Origin: Botryllus schlosseri
Lineage: Eukaryota
Assembly (NCBI GenBank): GCA_051294905.1
Contig: CM119372.1
Coordinates: 20,338,001 to 20,402,000 of the forward strand
Length of the DNA stretch: 64,000 nucleotides
Direction: 5' to 3'
In this document: piece after piece, positions 26,736 through 39,700 of the stretch
Numbering within the stretch: the stretch's first letter is position 1
Layout: every line of letters begins with the position of its first letter
The notes under the pieces: model-generated
Database searches by the model: none
What the model saw: the letters and a program-made list of their open reading frames with translations, nothing else
What the model was told of the DNA's origin: nothing
Translations under genes and position numbers: made by a program

Positions 26736-27839
26736 GCCTAGAAGAAGAGTTCCAAAGTTAGCAGCAGACTCCTGAAAGTCGACGCACGTTAGCGAGAGAG
26801 AATGAAAAATGGAAGTGCGCGTTCAAGCGAAATTCATTTTCATTACCCAAAGCAAAGACACTAAACTTCAGGAACTGCACTGTCGTGGCGCACAAATTCT
26901 AAACAGGCGATTATCGCCACTCTCATTGATGTGTAATAAAAATATTATCAATAACAATACAAACAATCCTGGTGGGAGGCCAAGAAATAACAACATGCCA
27001 CTATATGAGATTAATAAGAACCGGGAGATGCATCATCATTAATACTGTACCCAATATTTTCGAAGACACCCTCCATCAGCTTTACGGGCTAATCTGATCA
27101 CGTGAGCTGAGAATGAATAAATTTTTGACAATAATATGTGAATCTACCGACAATTTCGATGAAATCCATTCAAGGGGCTAAGTTTTCGCGCTCCGCGCGA
27201 CTACACACATAGTTATAGTGTCTTTTCTTGACATTTATACTCGCGATTTTGGGACATATATTATATATTGTAAGCCTGCTGGGGTGTTTTGCTTCTACAA
27301 TAAGACAATTTGCGCATTGCATATATCTCAAGAGATAAGTGAAGGCACAGAACACCACAAGGGCTCTCCGCGGTGTTAAGTTCCCATTATCAAATTTGAT
27401 AGAAGCATTTGTCGTCCATGCGCCATGGCGACTCCCTGGAATCCGGACGTATTGTATGTGTAATAAAAATGCGGCTTTCTGCGTCATCGGTGTATTAAAC
27501 GGTCAGGGGTGTACGAGTTTTGAGAAAATGTTAAAAGGGTGTACAACGACGAAAAAGGTTGAAAAGCACTGGTGTAGGCTATTGTACCAAATCAATTTGT
27601 TTCAACTTCTCGGGGCTTCGTATTCGGTCCTATATTTGGCTGATTATAACTGTCTGTAGCATGTAACTGTACAGCTACTCTAATAGCAGTTGTACGTGTG
27701 CGTGGGCGATGCAATGTCTTTTTCCATGTTTATTTAACTTTATATTCGTTATTTGACTCAAGATAGATGACCAATTCATCTGTCTTTCACACACTGAGCA
27801 AGATGTGATGGCTTTGAATCATCACTCATACTTCGAAAT

Positions 27840-28039
27840 TCAATTTGACTTGAATTGTGACTTGACTCGTGACTTGACTTGACTTGACTCGACTTGACTC
27901 GAGTCACCTCCAAAAAACGGGTGACTTGACTTGACTCGAGTCACCTTCGAAAATCGATTGACTTGACTTGACTCGAGTCAAAATGTCCAATGACTCGAAA
28001 TGACTCGTGACTCGAAGGTAGTGACTTGATCCCAACACT
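27840..28039. mobile_element. Partial hAT-type MITE end with GACTT/GACTCGAGTC subterminal repeats
   Basis: Dense (GACTT)n and GACTCGAGTC repeats ending in CCCAACACTG; the opposite TIR was not found. Confidence 0.55.
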
Positions 28040-28354
28040 GGCATGCAGTAACAATCGACAATGAACAAGGCCGTGCCAGCTTCATAGTCACTTATAATTG
28101 GGTACAATTATGTGCATCTTGTAGAACAGATTGGTACAGATCAGTTTTGCCAAAAAAGTGAAATTTGCTCACTAAAGTAAACGAAGAAAAAAGTAAAGCC
28201 GCGTCCTTGGCGGTTCGGCAGTTAGTTGCGTCGGTTTGGTGGGGATATCGAAAAGTAGTATTTGAACCGTCTCTCTATACCTGTGTTTATTACGCATTAA
28301 TACACCTAGTATAAAGTATTTCTTGAATAGTTTGGTATCGAAAATACTGCAGAA

Positions 28355-29350
28355 CAGTGGTTCTCAACCTTTTTGACCTTGCGGACCAGCAAAACTTCAA
28401 AACAAACGTTGCGGAACGGCGAACTTTCAAAAACCCAAATTCACTCTAAATATAATTACGATAAATAATGGCGAGATAGCTTAGTGCAGAGCTGGCCAAA
28501 GGGCCACATGAGATTAACCAACCATTGCACGGGTCACATGAATGTTGATGATCTTTTCTTAGTCTTCCGATAGGAGTGAACTGGATCAGGTAACCGTGAA
28601 AAAAAAAGACTTATAATATTACTGAGAATTAAAATCGATAACAATTATGTCATGAAGCTCGGTGTGCATTCATGGGCTTCTCCTCGCCATCTTATCCGCG
28701 AAAGCGATGTCTTATAAAAAAAAGCTTAGAAGTGGGCCGTGCCAGAAGTCGGCGACTGCGGATTAAAAATGAAAAAAAATCGGCCTGGTGTAAATCACCA
28801 GAGTAGTACACAAACACCATGAATACCACAAAGAAACAATAAACAAATTACGACAAATGCATGCAACTTAAATGTAATATTGGAAACTTTATTTAATGGT
28901 GTATTTTTGATACTAGATCCTATATGTTGTTCTACTGGAGTTTCTGCAAGGAGAAGCTGGCGAAGTCCTGTTAAAGACCACTAACCGGATTTTGATTGTT
29001 CGGTGTCCTTGAAAGAAATGCGAGTTATTGCTATTTATTATATTTACTGTCTACTATACTGCCAAGCGTCGCTTAATTGCACTGTCGGAATGTAACGATC
29101 GAAGTTGTTTAACGTAGCTTTCGCATAAATTTTGTCCAAAACGAATTGCAGGCTACTTAAAAACAATTTCTTGTAGCACTTGCACTGTCGCGATACACGC
29201 CCAAGGTAGAGACTATGAACTCTCAATTGCGACAGCTGACAAAATACGTTCCAAACTTCTAAAGACGATTAAAATTTTGCATTTTGGAATTGAGATATAA
29301 AATTCTGATATGTATCTGGTGGACCGACAGGAAACTTGCCATGGAACGGC
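28355..29350. mobile_element. Degenerate hAT-Charlie MITE remnant(s)
   Basis: Charlie-type left TIR CAGTGGTTCTCAACCTTTTT at 28355; right end eroded, so extent is approximate. Confidence 0.4.
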
Positions 29351-30465
29351 ACAGTTGTAACTATAAATAATGTTTGTTTTGTGCGGTCTGTGTCAATTAC
29401 TGCAGCATACCGCAGCTGCAATTAATTTATTGCTCTACATTACCGCATTTTAATACGTTGCGTGCCTTTACGCACGATCACGCAGCGAACAATTGATTAC
29501 CGCTTAACTCGGACGAAGGCGTTTCTTTTCTCAATTCGGCCAAAAGATAACGGAGCCGAACTGTCTGAATTAAGCGGAGTCGACTGCACTCTGAATTGAT
29601 GAAATGGTAAATATATTGACAACGCTGACTTCTTTATTCCATGTCACGTGACTATGAATATCAAGCGCGGGAGGAACAGCGTCAACTAGCGATAAATATT
29701 ATGTTGAATGCACTGCGAGCAAGTAAATTCCCGACAAGCCACGACACCTTGCGTTCAGTAATAGTAGATTGTAGATTGCAGAATGCAAAACAGCAGTGCA
29801 CTGAGTGCAGTCGATTAGTTGATTGCATGTGTCGCGTTTGTAAAGATGGTTGTTACTGTTACAGTACACCCTCTATAGTTACAGTACTGGTAGGCAATAC
29901 TTAATGCGGAAATAACTATTTATATTTATTGGTAGCCTAGTCCAGCTTGAAGAAGGATGGTGATTGGCACTGCCACTGCGTAAATATAAATATCGACCTG
30001 AGTAACGTAGATAACTAAGGCGAGATAGTTCGTGCCGTCACTGCTGAGTGCTGTGACTTGACTATATTTGGCGACTTATTATCAAATCATGCATCTGCAG
30101 AGTGATCAGCGAGATTAGCATACGTTGTGCGAAATGTATACATTTCCCATTAGTATTTTCGATTCCAATTACCGTCAATTCTGGCTGACATTGATATTTT
30201 TCAGTGTCCAGGCCTATACCTGATGTAAAGTTTTAACTCCAGTGTTGTGATTAGTTTATACAGAAGCAAATCACAGTGGAATAGGATAACTCTATATTGA
30301 TCCCATGATTTATGTTGTATTATGCATGATGATATGACGAACATACCGGTAGTTGATTCTTGAATTTTAGAAGTGGATTCACTTGCATCATGAAATATTT
30401 CAATGAACGTTATTGGTCCTGTATTTTTTTAGTGTCCCTGCATGCACTATTGTTTCTGATATAAT

Positions 30466-30793
30466 ATGGAGGTATCGGACCCATCCATTCTCCTCCAGAA
30501 CGGCGCTCCTGATATCTCGCAAGGTGCGGACGACTCACTGATATCACCATATGCTTCACCGCAAAGAGACCAGTTTGCTTCTGAAATGAATTTCGCGTCT
30601 GGAGACTATGCGTTGGATACAGAGAACAATCATTTCCTTGCGAATCAAGTTTACTCCTCCGTAGTCGATAGGAAAACCACTCAAGCCATAGAAGACTTGC
30701 AAGAGACGTTGGGTAACATAGACCCAATGGCGGGAGGGGAAGGAATGACCGTCGACTGTAAGGAGGAAAAGACACTCGTTCAAAGTGATGATG
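30466..30793 (+). CDS. Tau-like gene exon 1 (acidic N-terminus [10 protein letters not shown]...VQSDD)
   Basis: ATG preceded by an in-frame TGA (30457); acidic ORF; donor G|GTATGG, phase 1. Confidence 0.75.
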
Positions 30794-33700
30794 GTATGGT
30801 TTGTATCTTCAGCTGGGGTGGACCATTATATTGTTTCCTAACCCAATTGATAATTTCTTCACTCTATTTCATATAAAAATATATTTATTTTAATTTCATT
30901 TTTACTGACTTGTTTTGTACTATATTCTTATAGATGTATAATGTAGCCTAAAAGCAAGTATTTATAAATGTAATTGAACCCTACTGGTATTTTAGTAGAT
31001 GTTAGCGTCAAGTTTTTTTGTGGTTGCCGATTGCTCTGTCACTGCTTTGACTGTCTCATACTTTTTGTTACGATAGTCTTATCGTTTATTTTTTAATGGA
31101 ACTTCCAGTGCTTCTATGACTTTCAAATTTTTCATTTAATTTAATCCAGCCAAAGGGTGGCAGTGCTTGAGTTAGTATACTGCTGTTTGGGTGACAAGCT
31201 AATTTTCAAAATTTGACCAATCAAAATTGTTATTAAGTACTGTATTTCAAGCAATATCATCCCGATTTAATGGAGGAAACTGTCGTGTGATTGTAAGACA
31301 TGGATAATTGCCCGGATTGACTACTTATAAATTGAGTGAATTTTGCTGCTCTGAGAATGTAAAGAAAAATAGGCTCTGCTATATATGTTTGGATTCTTCC
31401 ACACCTATTTTATAAGCCTTCAATGTAATACCTTACCCAAATATCAGATTGACTTCATGATAATGATCATTGATGATTAGCAAAAATTATTTTTGAAACA
31501 GGCCTTGAAGATGTAGTTGAAACCATTGAAGACGAGCGCGAGGCGGATGATCGCGTAGCAGATGAACTGGTACAGGTAATTTAAGAGTGTCGTAGCTGTA
31601 GCACTATGTTATTTTTCTTGAAATGCTATACCTACTCTGGTCATTTCAACTAATATATTTCGTCCTTTGTCTGCCCACCGACCTCAAGTAACATTTCCTG
31701 CATCGGAACAGTCGGATGATAGTAGTGGCTCCAGGAATTGCATGGATTTTGTTGGAACCTGCATAATTATTTTGTCACGCTGCCGGCGTTGCACGCCACG
31801 CCACTCAGCTGTGGTATACCGTTGACCTGAAATTTGATTATTTTTTGGTAAAATTGAATCATTTTCCAAGGAGCATCCGCTGATCTCTCCAATGGAAGTT
31901 GATTTTTTGTCTTCTTTTCAGCCACCCAACTCTGAAAGTGATGAGAAATGTCCACCAGTGGAGCCTGCCTCACTGCCAAGTCCAGAGGAAGAAAAAGAGA
32001 AGATAATAGCGGAAATGCTTGCTTCTGCTAGTGAACAAACTTCTAACGACGTACGTAATTGAGACTGCTAGTGAACAAACTTCTAACGACGTACGTAATT
32101 GAGACAGATAGATACGTACATTCATTTATTTCTCACATTGGTGAAAATACGGCACAGACCAGCACCAGGATAACAACAAGTGGTCGCGACTGGCCGCGGG
32201 GCCTTATTACAGTCGCCACTTGTAGGAGTACACAAATCAACCTGTTAGAATATCTGATTAAGCTAGTCTCGTTAACATTCAGAGCTGGTGCTTCAGTGCT
32301 ATTCCGGTGGCAGTAGTGCCGCTGTAAAGTTGGGTACGGTATCCGAGTTTTTTGAAATACTTAGTTGTAAATGAAATACTCGAAATACTTCCACTTACGT
32401 TGTGAATTGTGATCTTCGACTGGTTATTTTGAAGCTTACACCGTGGTTGCATCAGGTTTTTTGGTCTATATATCAAAGTGACTTACGGTATGTCCATTTT
32501 ACACATTTTGAGAAAATTGACTTTACATTAAGTTTTCATCTTCTGTCAGCCATATATTGGCCCTGATTAACTTTTAATTAGTGAAACATGCATAACCATG
32601 CCCAAGATATGGCCGGAAAAAATTGAATATTTTTCAAAAACTTGATTTTTTTCAAGTTTTAAAAATGGACCTTCAAAATTTGAAAACTGGACATAAGTCA
32701 CTTTGATTCCATGGCGACGATATATGTTCAAACCATCAATGGTCTTTAGGGCTACTTGAAATGACCTTGCAGGCCAATAGTTAGACACCCAGGCTGTTAT
32801 AGTGCATGATATGAAGAGGCTTTGGTTATTACTGCTGCGTAACAAATTGTACACTTGTACAGCCATGCACACCAAGGTGTATAACTGGATTGTCCAATTT
32901 TGTGTCTACGGATTTTTTGCAAAACAATGCAGATTATCGAATATCCAGTTTGCAGTGCGTGTGAATAAAATAATAATTTATCCATCAGTTTCAGTAGAAC
33001 TTTCAAATCAATGCCTCTACGAATGTTACATACAGTGCCTCTTATTGCCGTAATATTTTGATGGAGTCAAGTAGGCTATTCTGTTAGACACTTGATAATC
33101 ACAAAGTACCTCCTAATTGTCGGGGTGACTACATGAAGCCACAAGTTGCATGCAACAAGATGCATGCGTTTTTCAGGAGCTGACCCAAACCGAAATGTTG
33201 TCGATATCTAAAAGAATGGAGGAAGAATTTCGGACGATGGTCATCCAGGAACAGCAGAAAAAGAAATTGTCTATTGAAGGGCACTCGTATGTCACAAGCT
33301 CACGTAAGCGACTTTGAAGTTCCAATGTCGAGTGGATGATTGTTTGCTTATGACCTCATCATAGTAAGCCCGCAATATTTCATCACGGCTTTAATCTGCC
33401 GTTTGCTTAAACTTGTAAAATACAGTATAATGTAGTAGTGATGATAACTTTGTTACAGCGATTGCGGAACTTTTTGTTACGTTCTTGATCTTGTTTGAAC
33501 AATCACTCATAAGACGAGGTTGCAATATGAAATCATTATATTACACAGCAGAATAACTTTGAGACAGGCGACACGATCCAGAGCACAGGTAAGCGAAAAG
33601 ACCCGTAGACAACAGAACACAGGGTATAAATACGAAGCACGACACACGAGGAAATAATGATCGGCGGTAATTACTAATCCTCGACAAATACGAAACAAAC

Positions 33701-36700
33701 GTTACCAACGTAAAGTGCACGAACATGACATTTTTGATATTAATCAACTCGATTATAATGCTCCATTCTATCTCTTGTGCGCTATTGGTACAGTCTTTGA
33801 TACCGTTTTACAAATCACAGTCGCAATATAAAATAGTTATGACTTGAACAGTTCCCCGTGTCACTTCATATAGAGCTAATCACGCGAGTCATGTATCATT
33901 TATACCCGTTATTTATTTGCAAGTTATATCTATGTTTGGAGTCAGATGAGATTTCATGATTCCAAGTTTAGAGGTGATGGCTCTATGTGGTGAGGTGGTC
34001 GAACGTTTTCTATGCAATTGAAAATCTTTCGTCAATAAAGGGCGAATCGATACTGCCGTAGTCCTACGTCATCTGTCGGGAACCTCGACTCGTATATTCG
34101 CGACTGAACCCTTCCGCCTGGATTTCGTGAATTAGATTACACGCTCGGCGTATTCTGTTGACAATGTTTCATTGGTCATTTCATGTCGTTTCGAATCAAC
34201 CCCGTGTTTTAATTTGATTTCTCAGAGAAGGTTAGCTGTTTGAGAACTTAACACTCACGCAGCGTGTCCAGAGTGCCCAGAATACTAGTTCATGCTCGGA
34301 TTCGGCCGTTTTGACTAGAATCCGGCTCACGCGCTCACAGACAATGACTTACAAGATGCTCAATTGCTTGTATTGCTCATTGCCCTTCGTTCCGAAATCA
34401 TGTTGTTAGTAATTACTTTGACCGTCAAGTCAACCGTTTATTGACAAGACAGCCCTTCCGAAATTATGCTCACAGCTGCAATGTCACCAACAGTGTGAAT
34501 CATAATACTTCCCAACGTCGTTCAGCTAATTAAGCATGTATAGACACTCGAATGCCCGCATGTTTCGTCCTTGATAATGGTCAGTTTTTGTGCAATTTCT
34601 TCAATAGATTTTGCGGAACTTTTTTGGCTTCTTTATCCCGCCTGTTCCACAAATCAGTCGCGTGTTTTAGCATCGGAAAACGTCGCAGTTTTGCGCAATA
34701 ATCGACTTTTTGTCAGCGTTGTAACTTGAAACTGTACCTGATTCGCGATGGGAGGCACTGTTTTACAGTCTGTGTCGTCATAGTGGTATCTTTGCGATCG
34801 GAAGACGTGTTCAATTATTCAATAGCGTTGTCCAGTTCGGATTTTTGTGATTGCCCATTTTCTCATTCGCTCGTGAGTGGAAACGCTGTAGCTGTGTTTT
34901 CCCACAGCGCGCGTCCACCAATCGATAGCGTAACGTAATGGTTCATAAACTTAGTTGATATCCCGCGACGAATCGATACCGCATTACGAGAGACGATACG
35001 GTAATCGCCGATTATTCCCGGTAATCGGCCTGCACGCGTTTGTAGCTTTACGTTCCAGTGCGAGGATTTGAGACTCAAGTCGATGCACGCAGCAGTTAGA
35101 TACTAACTAATGGGAACTTGAGAAATCATAGTGCCTACTTGAGATGTGTGAAAACGATGACCTGGTGTGTTTTTCGATTGGGTACTTGTGGTACTTCGAG
35201 CCTTGGTCGCTCTTTCCGAATTTAACCCTCGAGTTGATACCTATAGCCGGGAATCACCCTTTTTCTACATAAGACACAATGTATTTTCTTTTGACGACAT
35301 TTTCTTCTATTATACTTTCCGGGTGGGGGACATACGCGCGCTGCTTCCAAAAACGTTGTTTAGTAACGAGTCTTGTCATTTGTTATCGTGAAAAGTAGAT
35401 ATTTTAGTCAAGGATCCCTTTCATTATGAAATTGATGAGATATATAGGAGTTGAGATTGGGTTCGAACGGATTTAAAGAATTGGCGTTGATTCTATTTTC
35501 GTGCTAGTCGGAGCCTTTGCAATGTCGGATTTGAATGAAGTTATTAGCAACTGTGTTAATAGGTGCCGCCAATAGTGAATAAACTTCGATCGTGTGATTT
35601 GGTTGCGCATGCGCATACGACTCCTTAGCCAGCTACTATGTGCTGCGCTGATAACGAAGTAATCATTTTGAATTCTCGTTCTAATGTTGTAAACTTATCG
35701 AAATTTTTCACTTCGCTCTTTTGGTAGCATAAGCAGATGGTGAGGTGATCGTTACAATAACTATGTATGACGACACGGCGAGTTATATGTACATTGGTGA
35801 TTTTGCTTGTAAGCTCAAGAAACAGCGGCGTCACGACGGATATTAGAATGTGAAATTTACAGCGTGCGCGGTACTTGACCAGTAGTGTCTGTTACAGCAG
35901 TGCCGGCGGATATCTTACGTTCACAGTCGAGCGACATCATTGCTGCAAAAATTGCAACCCCCCCCCCCCCCCACCATACCATTTTGTAGCTTGATGTCGG
36001 TGTTCAGTACCCCGCAGTACGACAACACCCAAATGTATTTGCGTGTTTCGGCGATACCGCTTACGGAGCAGACACATCTAACGTAGCCTAGTCTCAAATG
36101 ACTGTTGCCGCAAAAATTTAGTTTGCAACACGGAAACAAATGCTTACAATGATAACTCTATAGTCTATCATAAGGTTATACGCGGAAGAGGAGTTTTTTA
36201 GGGATGGGCACAATTGAGTATTTGAGCACCACTCATTATGACATCACATCAGTATGAATGATGTGGAAAATTCCAATATGTACCTTTTATTTGCCGCGAA
36301 CAATATAATGCCAGTTCAACGGCACATTAGAGATTATCTAGTATTTGAATTGCACTTCTTCACGGAAAGGTCATTTCCACTAACGCGCGTCGCTTTGTAT
36401 TGCACGTTTTGTATGCTGCGATACGTACTGCCAATCTAGATTTACAATTTTCCACAGCGGAAAATAGTAACGGATCGTATAATATCAGTACTCGAAACAT
36501 CAGAATCGGATCTTTGCGCGTAGCCTTGGTAATTAGCCGATCGTTGAATCGAGTCGAATAGTGCGAGCCGGTGTTTTCATGTACTGAAATAATACTTTTT
36601 CCTCATCGTTGAAGCCGTGAAACCACGATCTTTCGTATCGTAGCACCCAAAACATGAACGTACTTATTCAACTTTCCGAATCGTCGTTAGCCTTGTCACG

Positions 36701-39700
36701 TCGTAATGACTAATGAGTGATATTAGAATAGTCAACTAGACGCCTAATACAGCAATACTCGTTTTGGAATCGAACCACTCAGGCCTTCGATTTTGCCCAG
36801 GCCGTATCGCGGGACATTTCCACGAGAGAAAATCGACAGGCAGCTGAACGCTTCGCCCTGAGCTGTCGTCAAATAGTAAAATGCGACACTCCAAGCTTAC
36901 CGACCCCGCGTATGACAGCTTGCGATCGATCCCGCGACCTTACCGTGACTCCGCGCGAGTACATAAACAGTGTGTTATTGACGCGAGATTCAAGTTCGCA
37001 TTTCCAGGCCGGCCTCGCAAGCAACGTTACGCAGCCCGTAGCTTATCTGTGCCGTGCTTCGGTGATTGTTGATTGACATGCGTTTACGAAGTAGCGCGAT
37101 TTTGTTCTGGTATTAATCTGGGGGATTACGGAAGACTTTCGGAGATAAGTCGATTATATTCGCAGCGAGAGGGCGGACGTATGAGGCACGGCTCAATTAC
37201 GGCCTGGTCGCATTAATGTGTGCTATTGCGATTGTGTGTGTGGGATTAATTTACGGAATGGTTCCTCGCGTTTCTTGCGTCGGCCTCAAGTTCGGCGTAC
37301 GTCGGCGGGTTATTAAAATTTTAAACGGCATCTAACAAAGCTCCGGTAATTTGTTACAGTGAGCGATGCTTGTGCGTTTGTTATTGTTTGGGAATTGGGT
37401 AAGCGGGGAACTGTTGATTTGGTTGCGAGATTTATCGTTCTGCCTGACGCGAATTCATCGCGCTGATTCTGTCCCTGAAAAACAAAATTCGCCGGTCCTA
37501 CTGTATTGGGGAAGTTGTTTGGATAGATGACTTGTGTTGTATGGAAAGGTAGCGTCTGACCGTCCTGTCTGTGATTGCCTCCGACGAAAAGACCCGTGGA
37601 AAAGCGTGCGTCTTGTTATTATAAAGTTGCTTGATACGGATCTGATCATGTAAAGACCGCGGTTTCATCCTTGTGCTAATGTATTTACTCGCGATAAGTA
37701 CGCTTTCATATCGGCTATCTGTTGTAAGTAACATGTATTATTGTGACAACCGCTAAAGTGAAGTACGCGGGTGTATTGGGTGATTTTAATAGCGCTGCCT
37801 GCTGCTGTCTTGGTAACTTGGCGTCAGTTACTGCGCGCTCCTACCGCTTTAAAGAGCATATGTTTGATGAATGCGACTAGCGCGAGGACAGACACTAATC
37901 TTATTTATTGGCACATGATGTATTTGGATAATAACCTTATGTAACTGCTGTTCGTAGTTCCTGCAGGATTTGACGTTGATGAGATAAATTTGGGCGCGTT
38001 TGTCAGGTTCCTAAATTCCCTTCGTATTGCTTTTAGAACCTAATGGTACGCATCATAGCACGGATCAAGACTCTGCAATCAAGGTATTGATTCATTTACT
38101 GACCATACGCGTGGGATTACCTTTGGCTTAGCAATGTATTGAGGACATTTTGAGATTTATATTTAATGAAATTCATGATCCCCGCGTTCCGATTGTAATT
38201 ATGATTATTGTGCGTTTTAGCAATCAATCAAAAGCACTGCCGCGTCGCGCAAAGCGCTGAATTCTGCCAAACCTTCGTACGCTAGCCGATTACCTACGTC
38301 TCAATCGAGAATCACGCGTCCTAATTCCGCGAAGACTACCCCGACACAAAGAGAGCCGCCTGCCTCGCCTACCAGAGCCGCACGATTGCGCTGTACCCCG
38401 ACTACAATCAGGCTGTCTGCCACTGTAAGTCGTTGTTCCTGTTAGGGAATAAACACTCCTCTCCGTGTTATATATGATGTAGTTATTGCTCATTTGTGTC
38501 GCCTATACAATGTTTACTAAACAACTCTTCTTTTCGTGGTTTGTGGATATACGCAACACTGGTGCTTTATGATGCTTGCGTTTGGTGTGCTTGTGAATAG
38601 TTTGAGCTGGTCTGTGCTGGAATGCGTAGCCTGATCAAACTGAGTGTAGTTATTTTTGCACGATATTGCCGTATATTTCATATAGGAGCGTTGCTCTTTT
38701 GCTTGTGTACAAGATTTGACCATTATCTTAGGTAAATGAGTTTCAGATCAAAGTTTTGGAACTTGAGCGAATTACATTAGACTGCGTGTTTTAATTTACA
38801 TCCACATCAGGCGCAGACTTCACAGATTTCATGTTCCAAAAGCTAAATACTATAATATTTGCGGCAAATGATAGGAAAGCAAAAATACATTTGGCAATGA
38901 AGTTGAAACGCCAGCTACCACAGCGGTAAAGCCTTTGCTATGGATTGCTCTTGAGTTTAGTTGAAAGATTGATTGTATTCTCATTATCTGAACACGCAAA
39001 TATCATTATGTCACGCCGCTTAGATTTAGCTGTTTCATTACAAATTCATAATAATCATCCTTGAGCCGATTTACTGGCAATTGTGTCAGTGATATTACAA
39101 GGACTTCACCTTCCCACCAATTTTCAAGAATACGCCAACTGGGGAAACGCGACCGTCTTCACCTCCCGCAGTCTCTCAAATCAAGTCCAGATATTCTACG
39201 GCGTCGCCCGCTCACGCCAGCTCTAACAGCACGCCTTCCAGAGTACGTAACACGAGTCGAGCTTCAGCGATTACCACTGACTCCGTGCTCTGCTTTGCAA
39301 TTTTAGGCTGCGCAGACTACACCATTGCGCTCGCCGTGGTCAGCGCCGGTTCGTCGACCTCTCTCTTCTCCAAGGAGGCCGCCCAGTGTTCAGGTCGGTG
39401 GAGACAAAATACCAATGATTTGAGGGCAGAGTACTTATGATTTTTCTGAGTAGCCAAAAATGTTTTGCCTACTTGTGCTGCTTGCTCGAATGGTTATGAT
39501 CTTCTTACTATCTAGTCAGTTTTAGGTAAAACTAGTTACTTTTTACTTTCGATTAAGTCAAGTAGCTAAACTATGCTTCATAACTAGGGCGGTTTTTTTG
39601 ACATGTCAAAATTTATCAAAATTTCAACAAAATTGTAGAGTTAGGTCAAAATTTGTCAAAATTATTGAAAGTCAAAATTTTTTTTGACCTCTGCATTTCG

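Larger units (their letters stand above)
7400..27571. mobile_element. Old non-autonomous hAT (Charlie/Buster-like) element, ~1.8 kb of own sequence, expanded to 20 kb by nested insertions
   Basis: TIRs CAGTGCTCTTCAACC / GGTTGAAAAGCACTG (14/15 match). 8-bp TSD GTGTAGTC (7392-7399) / GTGTAGGC (27572-27579). GGGTGTAC subterminal motifs at both ends. Confidence 0.7.

Noticed and set aside
29641..29904. 87-aa Cys-rich ORF upstream of the tau-like gene
   Set aside because: No recognisable domain or splice linkage; more likely promoter or 5' UTR sequence.
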